Assembly (NCBI GenBank): GCA_963734885.1
Contig: CAVTIJ010000002.1
Span: forward strand, 587,120 to 651,119
DNA: 64,000 nt
Reading direction: 5' to 3'
From: an uncultured Bacteroidales bacterium
GTDB taxonomy: Bacteria > Bacteroidota > Bacteroidia > Bacteroidales > VadinHA17
Positions 19,683 to 29,220 of the stretch are shown here, in pieces. The notes under the pieces were generated by a model. It was not told the origin of the DNA. It did not search any database and saw only the letters and a list, made by a program, of their open reading frames with translations. Made by a program: the position numbers and the translations under genes. The first letter of the stretch is position 1, and the number at the start of each line of letters is the position of its first letter.

Positions 19683-20848
19683 TTTTCTTTTTGGAGTTTA
19701 TTAATAAAACCGAGAGCTGTTTTCCTTGCCTCACTATCTGTCACTTCAAGGAAATCCAGATCGGGTGTAGCTGAGTATAAACATTTTTCCATTGTATGCT
19801 CAACAACATCAGGCATTTGAGTAAATCCTATTCTCGAGTCAAGGAAGGCATTGACTGCCATCTCATTGGCGGCATTTAATATACAGGGCATATTTCCGCC
19901 TTGTGAAAGCGCCTCGTAGGCAAGAGACAGGTTCCGAAATTTTTTTATATCAGGCTCATTGAATGTCAATGGTTTGCAATCATTCAGTTTGAGACGCGGA
20001 AGATCTGATTGAAGTCTGTCGGGATATGTAAGAGAATAAAGGATCGGTACTCTCATATCAGGAACTCCTAACTGAGCTTTGACTGAGCCGTCGGCAAAAT
20101 GGACAAATGAATGGATGATCGATTGCGGATGAACAACAACCGAGATCTGATCAGGGGTAAGATCAAAAAGCCATTTTGCTTCAATTACTTCCAATCCTTT
20201 GTTCATTAGTGATGCAGAATCAATTGTTACTTTACAGCCCATATTCCAGTTTGGATGTTTCAAAGCGTCGCAGGGTTTGACATTTTTCAACATCTCTTCT
20301 GTAAAATTAAGAAATGGACCACCGGATGCTGTCAGGGTAATTTTTTCTACAGGATTCCCTGATTCTCCTACTAGACACTGGAATATCGCAGAATGTTCAG
20401 AATCAACCGGGATTATAAGGCTTCCCGATTCTCTTACCAGCCTGCCTATTATCTCACCGGCAACAACAAGGCTTTCTTTATTTGCAAGGGCAATCTTTTT
20501 TCCGGCCTTAATTGCAGCTATAGTTGGTCTAACGCCCGAATACCCGACAATCGATGCAATCACAACATCCACAGAAGATGATGCAACTACCTGTTCTATT
20601 GCATCATCCCCGGCGTAGATCTTTATATCTGTATTTTGAAGGTTATCCTTTAACAGCAGGTAATGATCGGGGTTTGCGATCACAACTGCATCAGGATGGA
20701 ATTCCAAAGCCTGACGTGTGAGAAGATCGATGTTATTTCCCGCGACCAAAACCTCTACCTCGAATCTATCTGGATATTTTGAGATGATGTCCAGAGCCTG
20801 AGTACCTATCGACCCAGTTGATCCCAACAAAGCTATTCTTTCTCCCAT
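19679..20848 (-). CDS. dxr: 1-deoxy-D-xylulose 5-phosphate reductoisomerase
   Basis: 389 aa with LGSTGSIGTQALDI. It overlaps rseP by 4 nt. Confidence 0.94.
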   Translation of the reverse strand: MGERIALLGSTGSIGTQALDIISKYPDRFEVEVLVAGNNIDLLTRQALEFHPDAVVIANPDHYLLLKDNLQNTDIKIYAGDDAIEQVVASSSVDVVIASIVGYSGVRPTIAAIKAGKKIALANKESLVVAGEIIGRLVRESGSLIIPVDSEHSAIFQCLVGESGNPVEKITLTASGGPFLNFTEEMLKNVKPCDALKHPNWNMGCKVTIDSASLMNKGLEVIEAKWLFDLTPDQISVVVHPQSIIHSFVHFADGSVKAQLGVPDMRVPILYSLTYPDRLQSDLPRLKLNDCKPLTFNEPDIKKFRNLSLAYEALSQGGNMPCILNAANEMAVNAFLDSRIGFTQMPDVVEHTMEKCLYSATPDLDFLEVTDSEARKTALGFINKLQKEK

Positions 20849-20862
20849 ACCGGGTTACATGG

Positions 20863-21726
20863 TTAGAATATAATGTGTTTTTCGGGATCAAGGGGACTTC
20901 CTTTGTACCAGACTTCAAAATGAAGATGCGGCCCGGAGGTATACATTTCACCTGAATCACCAACAATGGAAATAGCGTCGCCTGCACGGACAAGATCACC
21001 GGTTTCCTTTAAGAGACCTGCGTTATGTTTATAAACCGAAACGATGTTATTCTGATGCTGTACCTCAATTACAAATCCTGTTTCCATGGTCCATCCTGTA
21101 AAGATTACCGTACCATCAAGAACAGCTGAAACAAGAGCCCTTGGTTTTGTAACTATGTCAGTACCAAAATGTTTTGTTCTCAAGTCGTATCTCCCTGACA
21201 CAATTCCTTTTACCGGCGGGAAAAAATGTAACGTTGCCAACCCTGAAACAGATTCCGGAGAAGATGTTCCAAGTGTCAGATTATATCTTTCTTCGTTTTC
21301 AACTTTTGCCCGGAGCATTGAATCCTTCGGTGATGTAATGAAACTTATAGTTTTATAATTTTTCGTACTGTCCTGAACAAGGGCTGTTCCAATGGGTTGC
21401 CCTCCTGTTATAATTGTATTCAGATTTTCAAAATATTTATCCCTCAGTTTTAGTTCCCTGTCGAGAGAATCAAGACGAATTGCGCTCATTAGTATGTTCC
21501 GGCGCATATTAACATCGGGATAACCGGGGATAAATTCGCGTAAGTTTGTGAATGAGATAAGGGTGCTTGTACCCCAAACGAGAAATAACAGAATAAATGT
21601 AATCAGAAGGAATGCGTTATACCTTGTGAGTATTATTTTCCATACTTCCTCTAATGTATGATCATTTATTATGGAAAACCTGTATTTATCGCGCCAGTTG
21701 CTCTTTTTCTTTTCGTCCTTCGACAT
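20863..21726 (-). CDS. M23/LytM family metallopeptidase, membrane anchored
   Basis: 287 aa with an N-terminal TM and a C-terminal GDSGEMYTSGPHLHFEVW motif. Confidence 0.85.
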   Translation of the reverse strand: MSKDEKKKSNWRDKYRFSIINDHTLEEVWKIILTRYNAFLLITFILLFLVWGTSTLISFTNLREFIPGYPDVNMRRNILMSAIRLDSLDRELKLRDKYFENLNTIITGGQPIGTALVQDSTKNYKTISFITSPKDSMLRAKVENEERYNLTLGTSSPESVSGLATLHFFPPVKGIVSGRYDLRTKHFGTDIVTKPRALVSAVLDGTVIFTGWTMETGFVIEVQHQNNIVSVYKHNAGLLKETGDLVRAGDAISIVGDSGEMYTSGPHLHFEVWYKGSPLDPEKHIIF

Positions 21727-21810
21727 TGTGATTTATTTAATAGGCTTGCAAAGATAATAATCCTGCCGCATCATATCAGATAAAGGAATCAAAAATGGCA
21801 ATTTAATGGG

Positions 21811-22194
21811 TTATATAACTTTTACGGCTTTGTCTTCACTCTGCCAGAGGCCATGCTTTGTGCATACTGACATAGCAGAAAGGTTCATGGAAACTTCGGG
21901 TGCCACGATGTAAAAGTCAATCTCAACGTGTGATGGCTGATTTCCGTAAACGCCGGCTGTGTATCGTGCCTCCGCCAGAAGGGTTTCCCTGTTCCAAAGC
22001 TGGATCACGCTGATGAAGTGATCATGTTCATCGGGATGAGGATATTCTTCTCCCACTTTCACTTTTACTTCAAATTTCTCTCCCCTTTTGACTTTGTCGG
22101 GGCAAAAAACATGAGGCATGTGTCTGTCAAGATAATCGCGTTTTACCTCTTTATCTTCCTTCTCTATTTCCGTTGCTTTAAAAACCCTTGGCAT
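21811..22194 (-). CDS. 1Fe superoxide reductase (neelaredoxin/desulfoferrodoxin ferrous-iron domain)
   Basis: The ligand pattern is conserved: RHMPHV, HPDEHDH (His-x6-His) and CTKHGLW (Cys-x2-His). The start is set at MPRVFK (ATG 22194) rather than the ORF-track start 22245. Confidence 0.72.
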   Translation of the reverse strand: MPRVFKATEIEKEDKEVKRDYLDRHMPHVFCPDKVKRGEKFEVKVKVGEEYPHPDEHDHFISVIQLWNRETLLAEARYTAGVYGNQPSHVEIDFYIVAPEVSMNLSAMSVCTKHGLWQSEDKAVKVI

Positions 22195-22348
22195 GGCAAT
22201 CTGTTTTATATTAATGAGATAACTTAAAAACCTAATCAGGGTCAAACTTAATAATTAATTTTTTAATTATTATAAGTATGTCCTGTTGACACCAAAATAT
22301 CTAAATTAGAGCTCATTTATAGAAATCAATTACTAATACTTATTAATT

Positions 22349-22549
22349 ATGGCTTTTATAGGATCTCATAACAGGTTTAATGAATTCAGAGATGATTTCA
22401 TTAAAGATACAGGGGTAAAAAATGTTGAAGAAAATTTAGAACTCTATGCTCAGTATGTAACTGCCCGGTTTGCTGATCAGAATCATCGTATGTTAAGCAA
22501 CATCGTGAATGAGTTACAAGATTTATATAAAGTCCTTAAAAAGGTTTAA
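22349..22549 (+). CDS. hypothetical small protein (66 aa)
   Basis: ORF only. It fills an otherwise empty gap and has a helical-looking charged sequence. No recognisable motif. Confidence 0.3.
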   Translation: MAFIGSHNRFNEFRDDFIKDTGVKNVEENLELYAQYVTARFADQNHRMLSNIVNELQDLYKVLKKV

Positions 22550-22593
22550 ATGTTAAAACTGACCAGAGAGTTAAATAAAATGTAAAAACATTC

Positions 22594-23490
22594 ATGAGAA
22601 TAAATATGAAAAGAATATACCTGATAGCAGGCATCATTGTTGTTTGTACTTCTGTCAGTGCTCAACGAGATCAGTATCACGATTCGTTTTTCGAAGATTT
22701 CAATAATCCTGTTTCCAGTTATTTTCATCCAGGCACTGCAGGCAAGGGAGCTGATTTTACATGCAATTTCGGAGTAGACTCCCCAACAGAACCAAACACA
22801 AAAATCCTGTCCTTTAAGATAGATCCTTCAGAAGAAGCAGGAGCAGGAAGGGGGCCTGAAATTATTTCAAACTATTTTACCCATTTTGGCACCTATTCGG
22901 CACGACTCAGAATTCCTGACATCAGAAATATTCAACCTGATGTCGGGGCAGTAGTAGGCTACTTTACATACCATATGGATAGTGTGCCGGGGCTTAGTGA
23001 AATAGATTTTGAGTGGCTTCTAGCAGATCCGGAAATTATCTATATTGGCACCTGGACAGGTCCAGAAGGAAATCTGAAAAGAATTGGCCGGACTATTAAT
23101 TTAGCTAAAGGAATTATTTATAACACCATATATAGGGAAAACCACAGCGGGAACAGCAGGCCTTTAACTGGTATTCAAAATCAACCTGAAATTATTCCGT
23201 CGGTTAAAGGGTACGATGCTTCCTCACAATTTTACATCTATGGATTTGATTGGCATCATGATGGTATCCGATGGTGGATGATTCATCCGAAAACAGCCGA
23301 CACTGTCGTATTATGGAATTACCAGGGATCACTGGAAGGAATACCTCTCAATCATTCTCAATACAGGATGAATTTCTGGCATACGAACAACTGGCCTGTT
23401 GAGACTAACCCTAATTCAATCGAAAAACCACTTCATCCCTATGAACTGGAGATCGACTGGATGTCGTATGATCCAGTCAGAATACAGTAG
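22594..23490 (+). CDS. secreted glycoside hydrolase family 16
   Basis: Signal peptide MKRIYLIAGIIVVCTSVSAQ and GH16 catalytic motif EIDFEW. An alternative start lies at 22606. Confidence 0.78.
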   Translation: MRINMKRIYLIAGIIVVCTSVSAQRDQYHDSFFEDFNNPVSSYFHPGTAGKGADFTCNFGVDSPTEPNTKILSFKIDPSEEAGAGRGPEIISNYFTHFGTYSARLRIPDIRNIQPDVGAVVGYFTYHMDSVPGLSEIDFEWLLADPEIIYIGTWTGPEGNLKRIGRTINLAKGIIYNTIYRENHSGNSRPLTGIQNQPEIIPSVKGYDASSQFYIYGFDWHHDGIRWWMIHPKTADTVVLWNYQGSLEGIPLNHSQYRMNFWHTNNWPVETNPNSIEKPLHPYELEIDWMSYDPVRIQ

Positions 23491-23637
23491 AAACTGTAGT
23501 TTCAATATGACATTCCTCTTAGGAATATTTAAATTCTTTGTTTAATTCAGACACATATATCGAATTAAGATAATTTTACTCTTTTCCGAATCAAATTGTT
23601 TACATTGTATTGTCATTCAATTTTATAATCTTTTAAA

Positions 23638-24552
23638 ATGAAACACATTTTACTTTTAACGTTGCTTCTATTTGTTTATACAACAGGCAACGCACAGCAC
23701 CCGGAGACTACCGGATCAAAAGCAACCCCAACAGGCCAGCAAAAATCACCACAGGCCCAAATGCGTATTAACTTTGCTGAACAGGAAGCAATTGTAAAAA
23801 AATTCACAAAATCATTTGACTCGTTGACGCCGATGCAACAAAATATGTTTTTTACGGAAATAAAACATATTATGGATCCTGAAGTTACAAAAATTGAACC
23901 TGGCATAAATGACAGTGATCCTCCATCAGATGCTATAGTCCTATTCAATGGCAAAGATCTTAATGAGTGGGAAGAGATTACATGGGGTCCGGGCGGAACA
24001 GGCGGAAAAAAACCGATAACATGGGTTATAAAAGACGGCGGTATGCAACCTGCCAGTACTTCAGGTTCGGCACAGACAAAGCGTGTTTTCAGAGATTTTC
24101 AGTTGCATATAGAATGGAAGACTCCAACCGGTTTACCGGCAACAGTCACAGGCCAGGACAGAGGTAACAGCGGAGTAATTATCCAGGGGAACTATGAAGT
24201 ACAGATTCTTGATAGCTACAATAATCGTACATACCGCAATGGGCAGGCTGGCGCTGTTTATATGCAATATGCTCCTCTGGTAAACCCAAGCAGAAAAGAA
24301 GGAATATGGCAGACTTACGAAATCATTTATACTGCTCCGCGTTTTAAGGACAGTGCAACATATTTTACCCCGCCAAGAATTACAATTATTTATAACGGAG
24401 TACTGGTTCAGAATAACGTAGCTATAGAAGGGCCAACTTTCTTCCCCGGAATCCCTCAATATATAATCAAAGAACATGGTGACGGGCCCATACAGTTGCA
24501 GCAACATGGAAATCCGACAACATTCAGGAATATCTGGATCAGGGAATTGTAA
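23638..24552 (+). CDS. secreted DUF1080 (3-keto-disaccharide hydrolase-like) protein
   Basis: Signal peptide plus DUF1080-type segments FQLHIEWK, NSGVIIQG, YEVQILD and the terminal FRNIWIREL. Confidence 0.78.
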   Translation: MKHILLLTLLLFVYTTGNAQHPETTGSKATPTGQQKSPQAQMRINFAEQEAIVKKFTKSFDSLTPMQQNMFFTEIKHIMDPEVTKIEPGINDSDPPSDAIVLFNGKDLNEWEEITWGPGGTGGKKPITWVIKDGGMQPASTSGSAQTKRVFRDFQLHIEWKTPTGLPATVTGQDRGNSGVIIQGNYEVQILDSYNNRTYRNGQAGAVYMQYAPLVNPSRKEGIWQTYEIIYTAPRFKDSATYFTPPRITIIYNGVLVQNNVAIEGPTFFPGIPQYIIKEHGDGPIQLQQHGNPTTFRNIWIREL

Positions 24553-24619
24553 AGAATAAGTTTTTTGGGGGTACTGTACACCATAACGGTCATAAGAGTG
24601 ACAAGAAAATTTTTGGCCG

Positions 24620-25681
24620 ATGTACCTTTTAAATTCAAAAATTAAAGTTGGATTAATTGTCATTATTTTTGGGATAAGCGGATGCAAAAAAAATGAACCT
24701 GAGAAAATCCTTGCAATTACTACTGAAGATGTAGAACTCTATGCCAGCGGTATTTACACATTCAAAGGTACTATCGTAAGTATCGGAAAGGAAAATATCG
24801 ATGAGCACGGATTCTATTGGTCCAGGTCAACAAATCCTGAAAAAGATGGAACCTTAATACAGCTAGGACCTAAAAACTTCACAGGAAGTTTCAGCAGTCT
24901 AGTATATGATATTTTGGATGGCACAACTTATTATATCAAAGCATTTGCTGTAGCCAACTCCATTTGTTATTACGGCGATGAGAAATCATTCACTACACCC
25001 GATACTATCATACATCCGATAATTGACATTGACAACAATATATACTACCCGGTAATTATTGGTGATCAGACGTGGATGAGTGGAAATCTTAAGACGACCC
25101 ATTATCCTGACGGTTCTATAATACAAAGGGTAGAGGATCAACTTGCATGGTTTAACATGCCATGGTATAACAATGTCTATTGCTGGTACGATAATTATAG
25201 CGCTTTAGCCGCTGCATATGGAAATTTGTACACATGGCCGGCAGCAGTGAAAATTAATTCACAGAACGATATTCCAACCGGAATAGTACAGGGTGTTTGT
25301 CCAGATGGTTGGCATCTGCCAAGTGATGATGAATGGAAACAGCTTGAGATGTTCCTGGGGATGAGCCAGGCGGAAGCTGATGGAGAAAACTGGCGGGGGA
25401 ATGATGAAGGTGGTAAGATGAAATATGAAGGATCCCCGCCATGGGAAATCCCAAATACCGGGGCAACTGACGAAAGTGGATTCATGGCACTACCCGCAGG
25501 GTTGCGAAATGGTGGTGGCTATTTTAAGAATATTGGAAAATCGACCAGGTATTGGTCCTCCTCGATCACAGGTGATTTCGTCTGGATAAGGCAGTTGGAT
25601 TATAATTCTTCCCGGATATTCCGTGGAATCAACGGCGTCTATGAAGGCAATTCTGTCCGCTGTATTAAGGACAAAAAATGA
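24620..25681 (+). CDS. FISUMP (Fibrobacter succinogenes major paralogous) domain lipoprotein
   Basis: Lipobox IFGISGC, then GDQTWMSGNL, YGNLYTW, CPDGWHLPSDDEWKQLE, GFMALPAG and SVRCIKD. Confidence 0.8.
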   Translation: MYLLNSKIKVGLIVIIFGISGCKKNEPEKILAITTEDVELYASGIYTFKGTIVSIGKENIDEHGFYWSRSTNPEKDGTLIQLGPKNFTGSFSSLVYDILDGTTYYIKAFAVANSICYYGDEKSFTTPDTIIHPIIDIDNNIYYPVIIGDQTWMSGNLKTTHYPDGSIIQRVEDQLAWFNMPWYNNVYCWYDNYSALAAAYGNLYTWPAAVKINSQNDIPTGIVQGVCPDGWHLPSDDEWKQLEMFLGMSQAEADGENWRGNDEGGKMKYEGSPPWEIPNTGATDESGFMALPAGLRNGGGYFKNIGKSTRYWSSSITGDFVWIRQLDYNSSRIFRGINGVYEGNSVRCIKDKK

Positions 25682-25832
25682 ATGCGTACCATTTTCTATA
25701 ACAAGTAGCGACGTAGAATTCTACGTCCAGGAATGTTAATTTCATCCCTGCAAATCAAAAAGAACAATCAAAATATATTTTAATTTGTTATAGATGAAAC
25801 CGATTCACTATTAACGATCACAAATTACAGCA

Positions 25833-26573
25833 ATGAAATTAGTTTTATTACGACATGGAGAAAGTCAGTGGAACAAAGAAAACCGTTTTACAGGCTGGAC
25901 TGACATTGACCTGACAGCAAAAGGAATAGAAGAAGCAAAAGGTGCAGGTAAGCTTCTAAAAGAAGAGGGTTTTACTTTTGATATAGCTTATACATCGGTG
26001 CTGAAAAGAGCCATTCACACTCTCTGGTATGTGATGGATGAAATGGATCTGGCCTGGATTCAGGTGGATCGTTCCTGGAGGCTGAACGAGAAAAGTTATG
26101 GCGCACTGCAGGGCCTTAATAAAGCCGAAACTGCAAAAAAATATGGTGAAGATCAGGTATTGCTTTGGCGCCGAAGCTTCAATGTACGTCCACCGGAGTT
26201 AGATATTGCTGATAAAAGACATCCGGCTAATGAGCTGAAATATTCCATGGTAGATAAATCATTATTGCCTGCCACTGAAAGTTTGAAAGATACAATTGAC
26301 CGGTTTTTACCATATTGGCACAAAACTATTGTCCCTTCAATTCAGAATCAGCAAAAAGTCATAATAGTAGCGCATGGAAACAGTTTGAGGGCTCTGGTTA
26401 AATATCTGGACCATTTATCTGACGAAGAAATTCTTGACATAAACATTCCAACAGGAATTCCCCTGGTCTATGACCTTGACAAAAACCTTGATGTTATAAC
26501 AAAGAACTATCTCGGCAACCAGGAGGCTATAAATGAGTCAATAAATTCAGTAAAAAACCAGGGGAAAGCCTAA
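25833..26573 (+). CDS. gpmA: 2,3-bisphosphoglycerate-dependent phosphoglycerate mutase
   Basis: 246 aa with [10 protein letters not shown] and [10 protein letters not shown]. Confidence 0.94.
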   Translation: MKLVLLRHGESQWNKENRFTGWTDIDLTAKGIEEAKGAGKLLKEEGFTFDIAYTSVLKRAIHTLWYVMDEMDLAWIQVDRSWRLNEKSYGALQGLNKAETAKKYGEDQVLLWRRSFNVRPPELDIADKRHPANELKYSMVDKSLLPATESLKDTIDRFLPYWHKTIVPSIQNQQKVIIVAHGNSLRALVKYLDHLSDEEILDINIPTGIPLVYDLDKNLDVITKNYLGNQEAINESINSVKNQGKA

Positions 26574-26729
26574 ATCTTCATCGGCACAAGCCCAGACAAA
26601 AGCAGCAACTGGAAATGCCAACGAAATCAAATTCTTTTTAGTCATTAGATTAAGTCTTAAGGATTATAAAATAAAGACAAATCAGAAATAGATTTTATTC
26701 CGCATTATTGATTGTTAAGAAAATCAGTG

Positions 26730-27118
26730 AGGGTTAAGCTGCTTCGCTCTCTTCATCATTCGTGGTAACAGCCCGATGAAAAAACCCTGCAGCCTCCTTC
26801 GTCGGCTGTCCGGGTTTTTTATTTCTCACTCACGCATTCAAAATGCGTTTGATTTGTTTACAGAGGATTGCTCGCTTCGCTCGCGATCCTCTGGAGTTAA
26901 CAGCCCAAAGAAAAAAACCCTGCAGCCTCCCTCGTCGGCTGTCCGGGTTTTTTATTTCTCACTCACGCATTCAAACTGCGTTTGATTTGTTTACAGAGGA
27001 TTGCTCGCTTCGCTCGCGATCCTCTGGAGTTAACAGCCCAAAGAAAAAAACCCTGCAGCCTCCTTCGTCGGCTGTCCGGGTTTTTTATTTCTCACTCACG
27101 CATTCAAACTGCGTTTGA
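26730..27118. repeat. tandem array of a 132-133 bp unit (two full units, one truncated unit of about 87 bp, one degenerate leading copy)
   Basis: Units begin with aacagccc at 26767, 26899 and 27032. Units 2 and 3 are almost identical. Each unit carries a terminator-like hairpin (ccctgcagcc...ggctgtccggg + T6), a cgcattcaaaNtgcg hairpin and a gaggat...atcctc hairpin. Confidence 0.9.
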
Positions 27119-27133
27119 TGCTTCGTTCGAAAT

Positions 27134-27168
27134 AAAAAACCCTGGCGCTTTCGCGTCAGGGTTTTTTT
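27134..27168 (-). terminator. intrinsic terminator downstream of tRNA-Met
   Basis: ccctggcgc-tttc-gcgtcaggg stem-loop flanked by an A-run and T7. It lies 6 nt after the tRNA 3' end on the minus strand. Confidence 0.72.
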
Positions 27169-27173
27169 CTTTG

Positions 27174-27245
<72 letters not shown>

Positions 27246-27256
27246 TTATCGAGGTG

Positions 27257-27287
27257 CAAATGTAGTACATATGAGATAAATACCAAA
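27257..27287 (-). promoter_or_regulatory. Bacteroidota-type promoter for tRNA-Met (-33 TTTG, 19 nt spacer, -7 TACATTTG)
   Basis: The minus strand reads cTTTTGgtatttatctcatatgtacTACATTTGcacctcgataa followed by the tRNA 5' end. This matches the TTTG / TAnnTTTG consensus and spacing. Confidence 0.5.
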
Positions 27288-27522
27288 AGAAAATTTGATT
27301 TTTTTTATTTTTGATCAAAGTATTGTCCATTAATTCAGTAAGTCGCCTCTCGGTTAGAATTCGGATTCGGATTTTTGCAGTATTTTATTGATTATAACCG
27401 ACGTACGGTCCATGACAGGATGCAGAAACAATCGCCATTAAAGTTAAAAGAAAAATAAAAACTGTCGAAGTAAAGTCATCCTGACGTCACGGAAAACTAT
27501 TAGAAAAATTACACTACACAAA

Positions 27523-28317
27523 TTACAACGACTTTATATCAAGTGTCTTGCCTTCAGTCTGTTCATATAATTGTTTTGCCATTTCGGCTTTGTCGTGGCT
27601 GAAGGAAGGATCCATGGAATTTGCTGTCATATATGACTCATAAGCTTTATCGTATTTTTTGACAAACATATAAAAATCTCCTTTGGAGTCGTATACATTC
27701 GGATTTTTCGGATCCAGCTCCATGTATTTATTGAATGCTGCTTCTGCTTTATCGCTCTGATTTAGTGTCATATAAGCATATCCCAACTGGTTGTAAAAGG
27801 TTGCGGGTTTCGCAGCTATTTTTATTGCTTTATTTAAAGTTTCAATCATGCCGGTAGAATCGCCTGCGAGTGATTGAAATGAAACCAGATTGCTATATGA
27901 TTCAGGATCATTTGGATACATACTAACAAGCTTTTTGCCCAGATCCACAACATTGGTCTGTCCATTTTTCAGATTGCTAATTGCCTCTCTCAGAAGCCCT
28001 TCAGCACTGCTTATCTTTTCTTCGCAATTAATAGCCGCATTTGCGAATTTGTTAAAATTATTGCCATCCCCGTTAAGAATGTAGTAAAAGGCAAGCTGGT
28101 AATTTGCCATAAAAAAATCCTGATCCTGATCCAGGGCTTTATTAAAGTTTTCAAGCGCATCCTTCAATCTGACTTCGTCGAAGTATTTCATGGCCTTATT
28201 ATAATTCAACAGCGCTGTTTTTGAATTAGTAGTAATCGGCATCAGCTTACCATCTGCCTGTGAGTACACTGATAATGCCACTAAAAGACAGACAACTGAC
28301 AGAAGAAATTTCTTCAT
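27523..28317 (-). CDS. secreted tetratricopeptide (TPR) repeat protein
   Basis: 264 aa with a signal peptide and repeated A..Y..A/ALD.DP TPR-like 34-mers. Confidence 0.75.
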   Translation of the reverse strand: MKKFLLSVVCLLVALSVYSQADGKLMPITTNSKTALLNYNKAMKYFDEVRLKDALENFNKALDQDQDFFMANYQLAFYYILNGDGNNFNKFANAAINCEEKISSAEGLLREAISNLKNGQTNVVDLGKKLVSMYPNDPESYSNLVSFQSLAGDSTGMIETLNKAIKIAAKPATFYNQLGYAYMTLNQSDKAEAAFNKYMELDPKNPNVYDSKGDFYMFVKKYDKAYESYMTANSMDPSFSHDKAEMAKQLYEQTEGKTLDIKSL

Positions 28318-28457
28318 TTTTCTTAGTTTTAAATCGATAATTCACACAAAGCTCAATGTTATTTAATTCATTCCAATTCACTTACATTAATAACAAATGA
28401 AACTACATTGAAGTTTTAAAAAAATGAAAAGGAGGAAGTGGCTCCAGTTCCAATATG

Positions 28458-29219
28458 CTATAATATAAAAGGAATTAATGCTTTTCTCTCTTTATCATAT
28501 TCAGGAAATTCTTTGACATACCACTTATGATGATCAAGAGCCCTGGGAATAAGATTTGTTAAAGTCCAGATTAAAAATGAGAGCGCCGGCAGATTAAAGG
28601 CAACAAGTGCAAATCCGGCCCACGAAATTATCTCACCAAGGAAATTTGGACAGGAAACATACCTAAAAAGTCCGCCATAAGGAATTTTGTAACCATCACC
28701 GGTTGCCGGACGAAGTTTAATCAGCAAAAAGTCGTGATATTTGTTTATTGCAAAGCCGGTCAAAAATAAAATCGTGCCAGCTATAAGGCGTAAATCAATC
28801 CACACTCCTGGTTTGTATTCAGCAGCGAAATGCACAAACCAGTATCCATTCAAAAAACCATTGATAACATTAAACATAAATGCAAGAATTACGATCAGTA
28901 TCGGTATTTTTTTCCTCGCCGTCCTAATCCTGAGGGGAAAAATGAGGACGCGGTGAACATAATGCATTCCCCATAGTAATGCAGGTACAAGAATAAGAAC
29001 ATTTGACAAACTTGCCTTAAAAATCAGATAATATCCAAAAATTGCCAGGGAGGGCAACTCCATTACGAACCATCCGAGTTTATTGTTAAGCATCGGTCCC
29101 CAGTTGTTCTTCAAATGCCGGCCATAAGGTTGTGCTACTCTAAGAAGTATCGGAAATATGATCAGCGGGACGGCTATCCAGATGCAACAGATAATGTTAA
29201 ATGTTTCGTGCGGTATCAT
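28458..29219 (-). CDS. 3-oxo-5-alpha-steroid 4-dehydrogenase (SRD5A-type steroid 5-alpha-reductase) family membrane protein
   Basis: The C-terminal half GYKIPYGGLFRYVSCPNFLGEI...HHKWYVKEFPEYDKERKALIPFIL is close to my recollection of mammalian SRD5A1 (GYKIPRGGLFEYV...HHEWY...PF). The start is set at MIPHETF (ATG 29219), 1 nt after the upstream stop, instead of 29279. Confidence 0.72.
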   Translation of the reverse strand: MIPHETFNIICCIWIAVPLIIFPILLRVAQPYGRHLKNNWGPMLNNKLGWFVMELPSLAIFGYYLIFKASLSNVLILVPALLWGMHYVHRVLIFPLRIRTARKKIPILIVILAFMFNVINGFLNGYWFVHFAAEYKPGVWIDLRLIAGTILFLTGFAINKYHDFLLIKLRPATGDGYKIPYGGLFRYVSCPNFLGEIISWAGFALVAFNLPALSFLIWTLTNLIPRALDHHKWYVKEFPEYDKERKALIPFIL

Positions 29220-29220
29220 T

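Noticed and set aside
26730-27118. Possible CRISPR array
   Set aside because: The units are directly contiguous with no unique spacers. The unit length (~133 bp) is far above CRISPR repeat size, and no cas genes are nearby.
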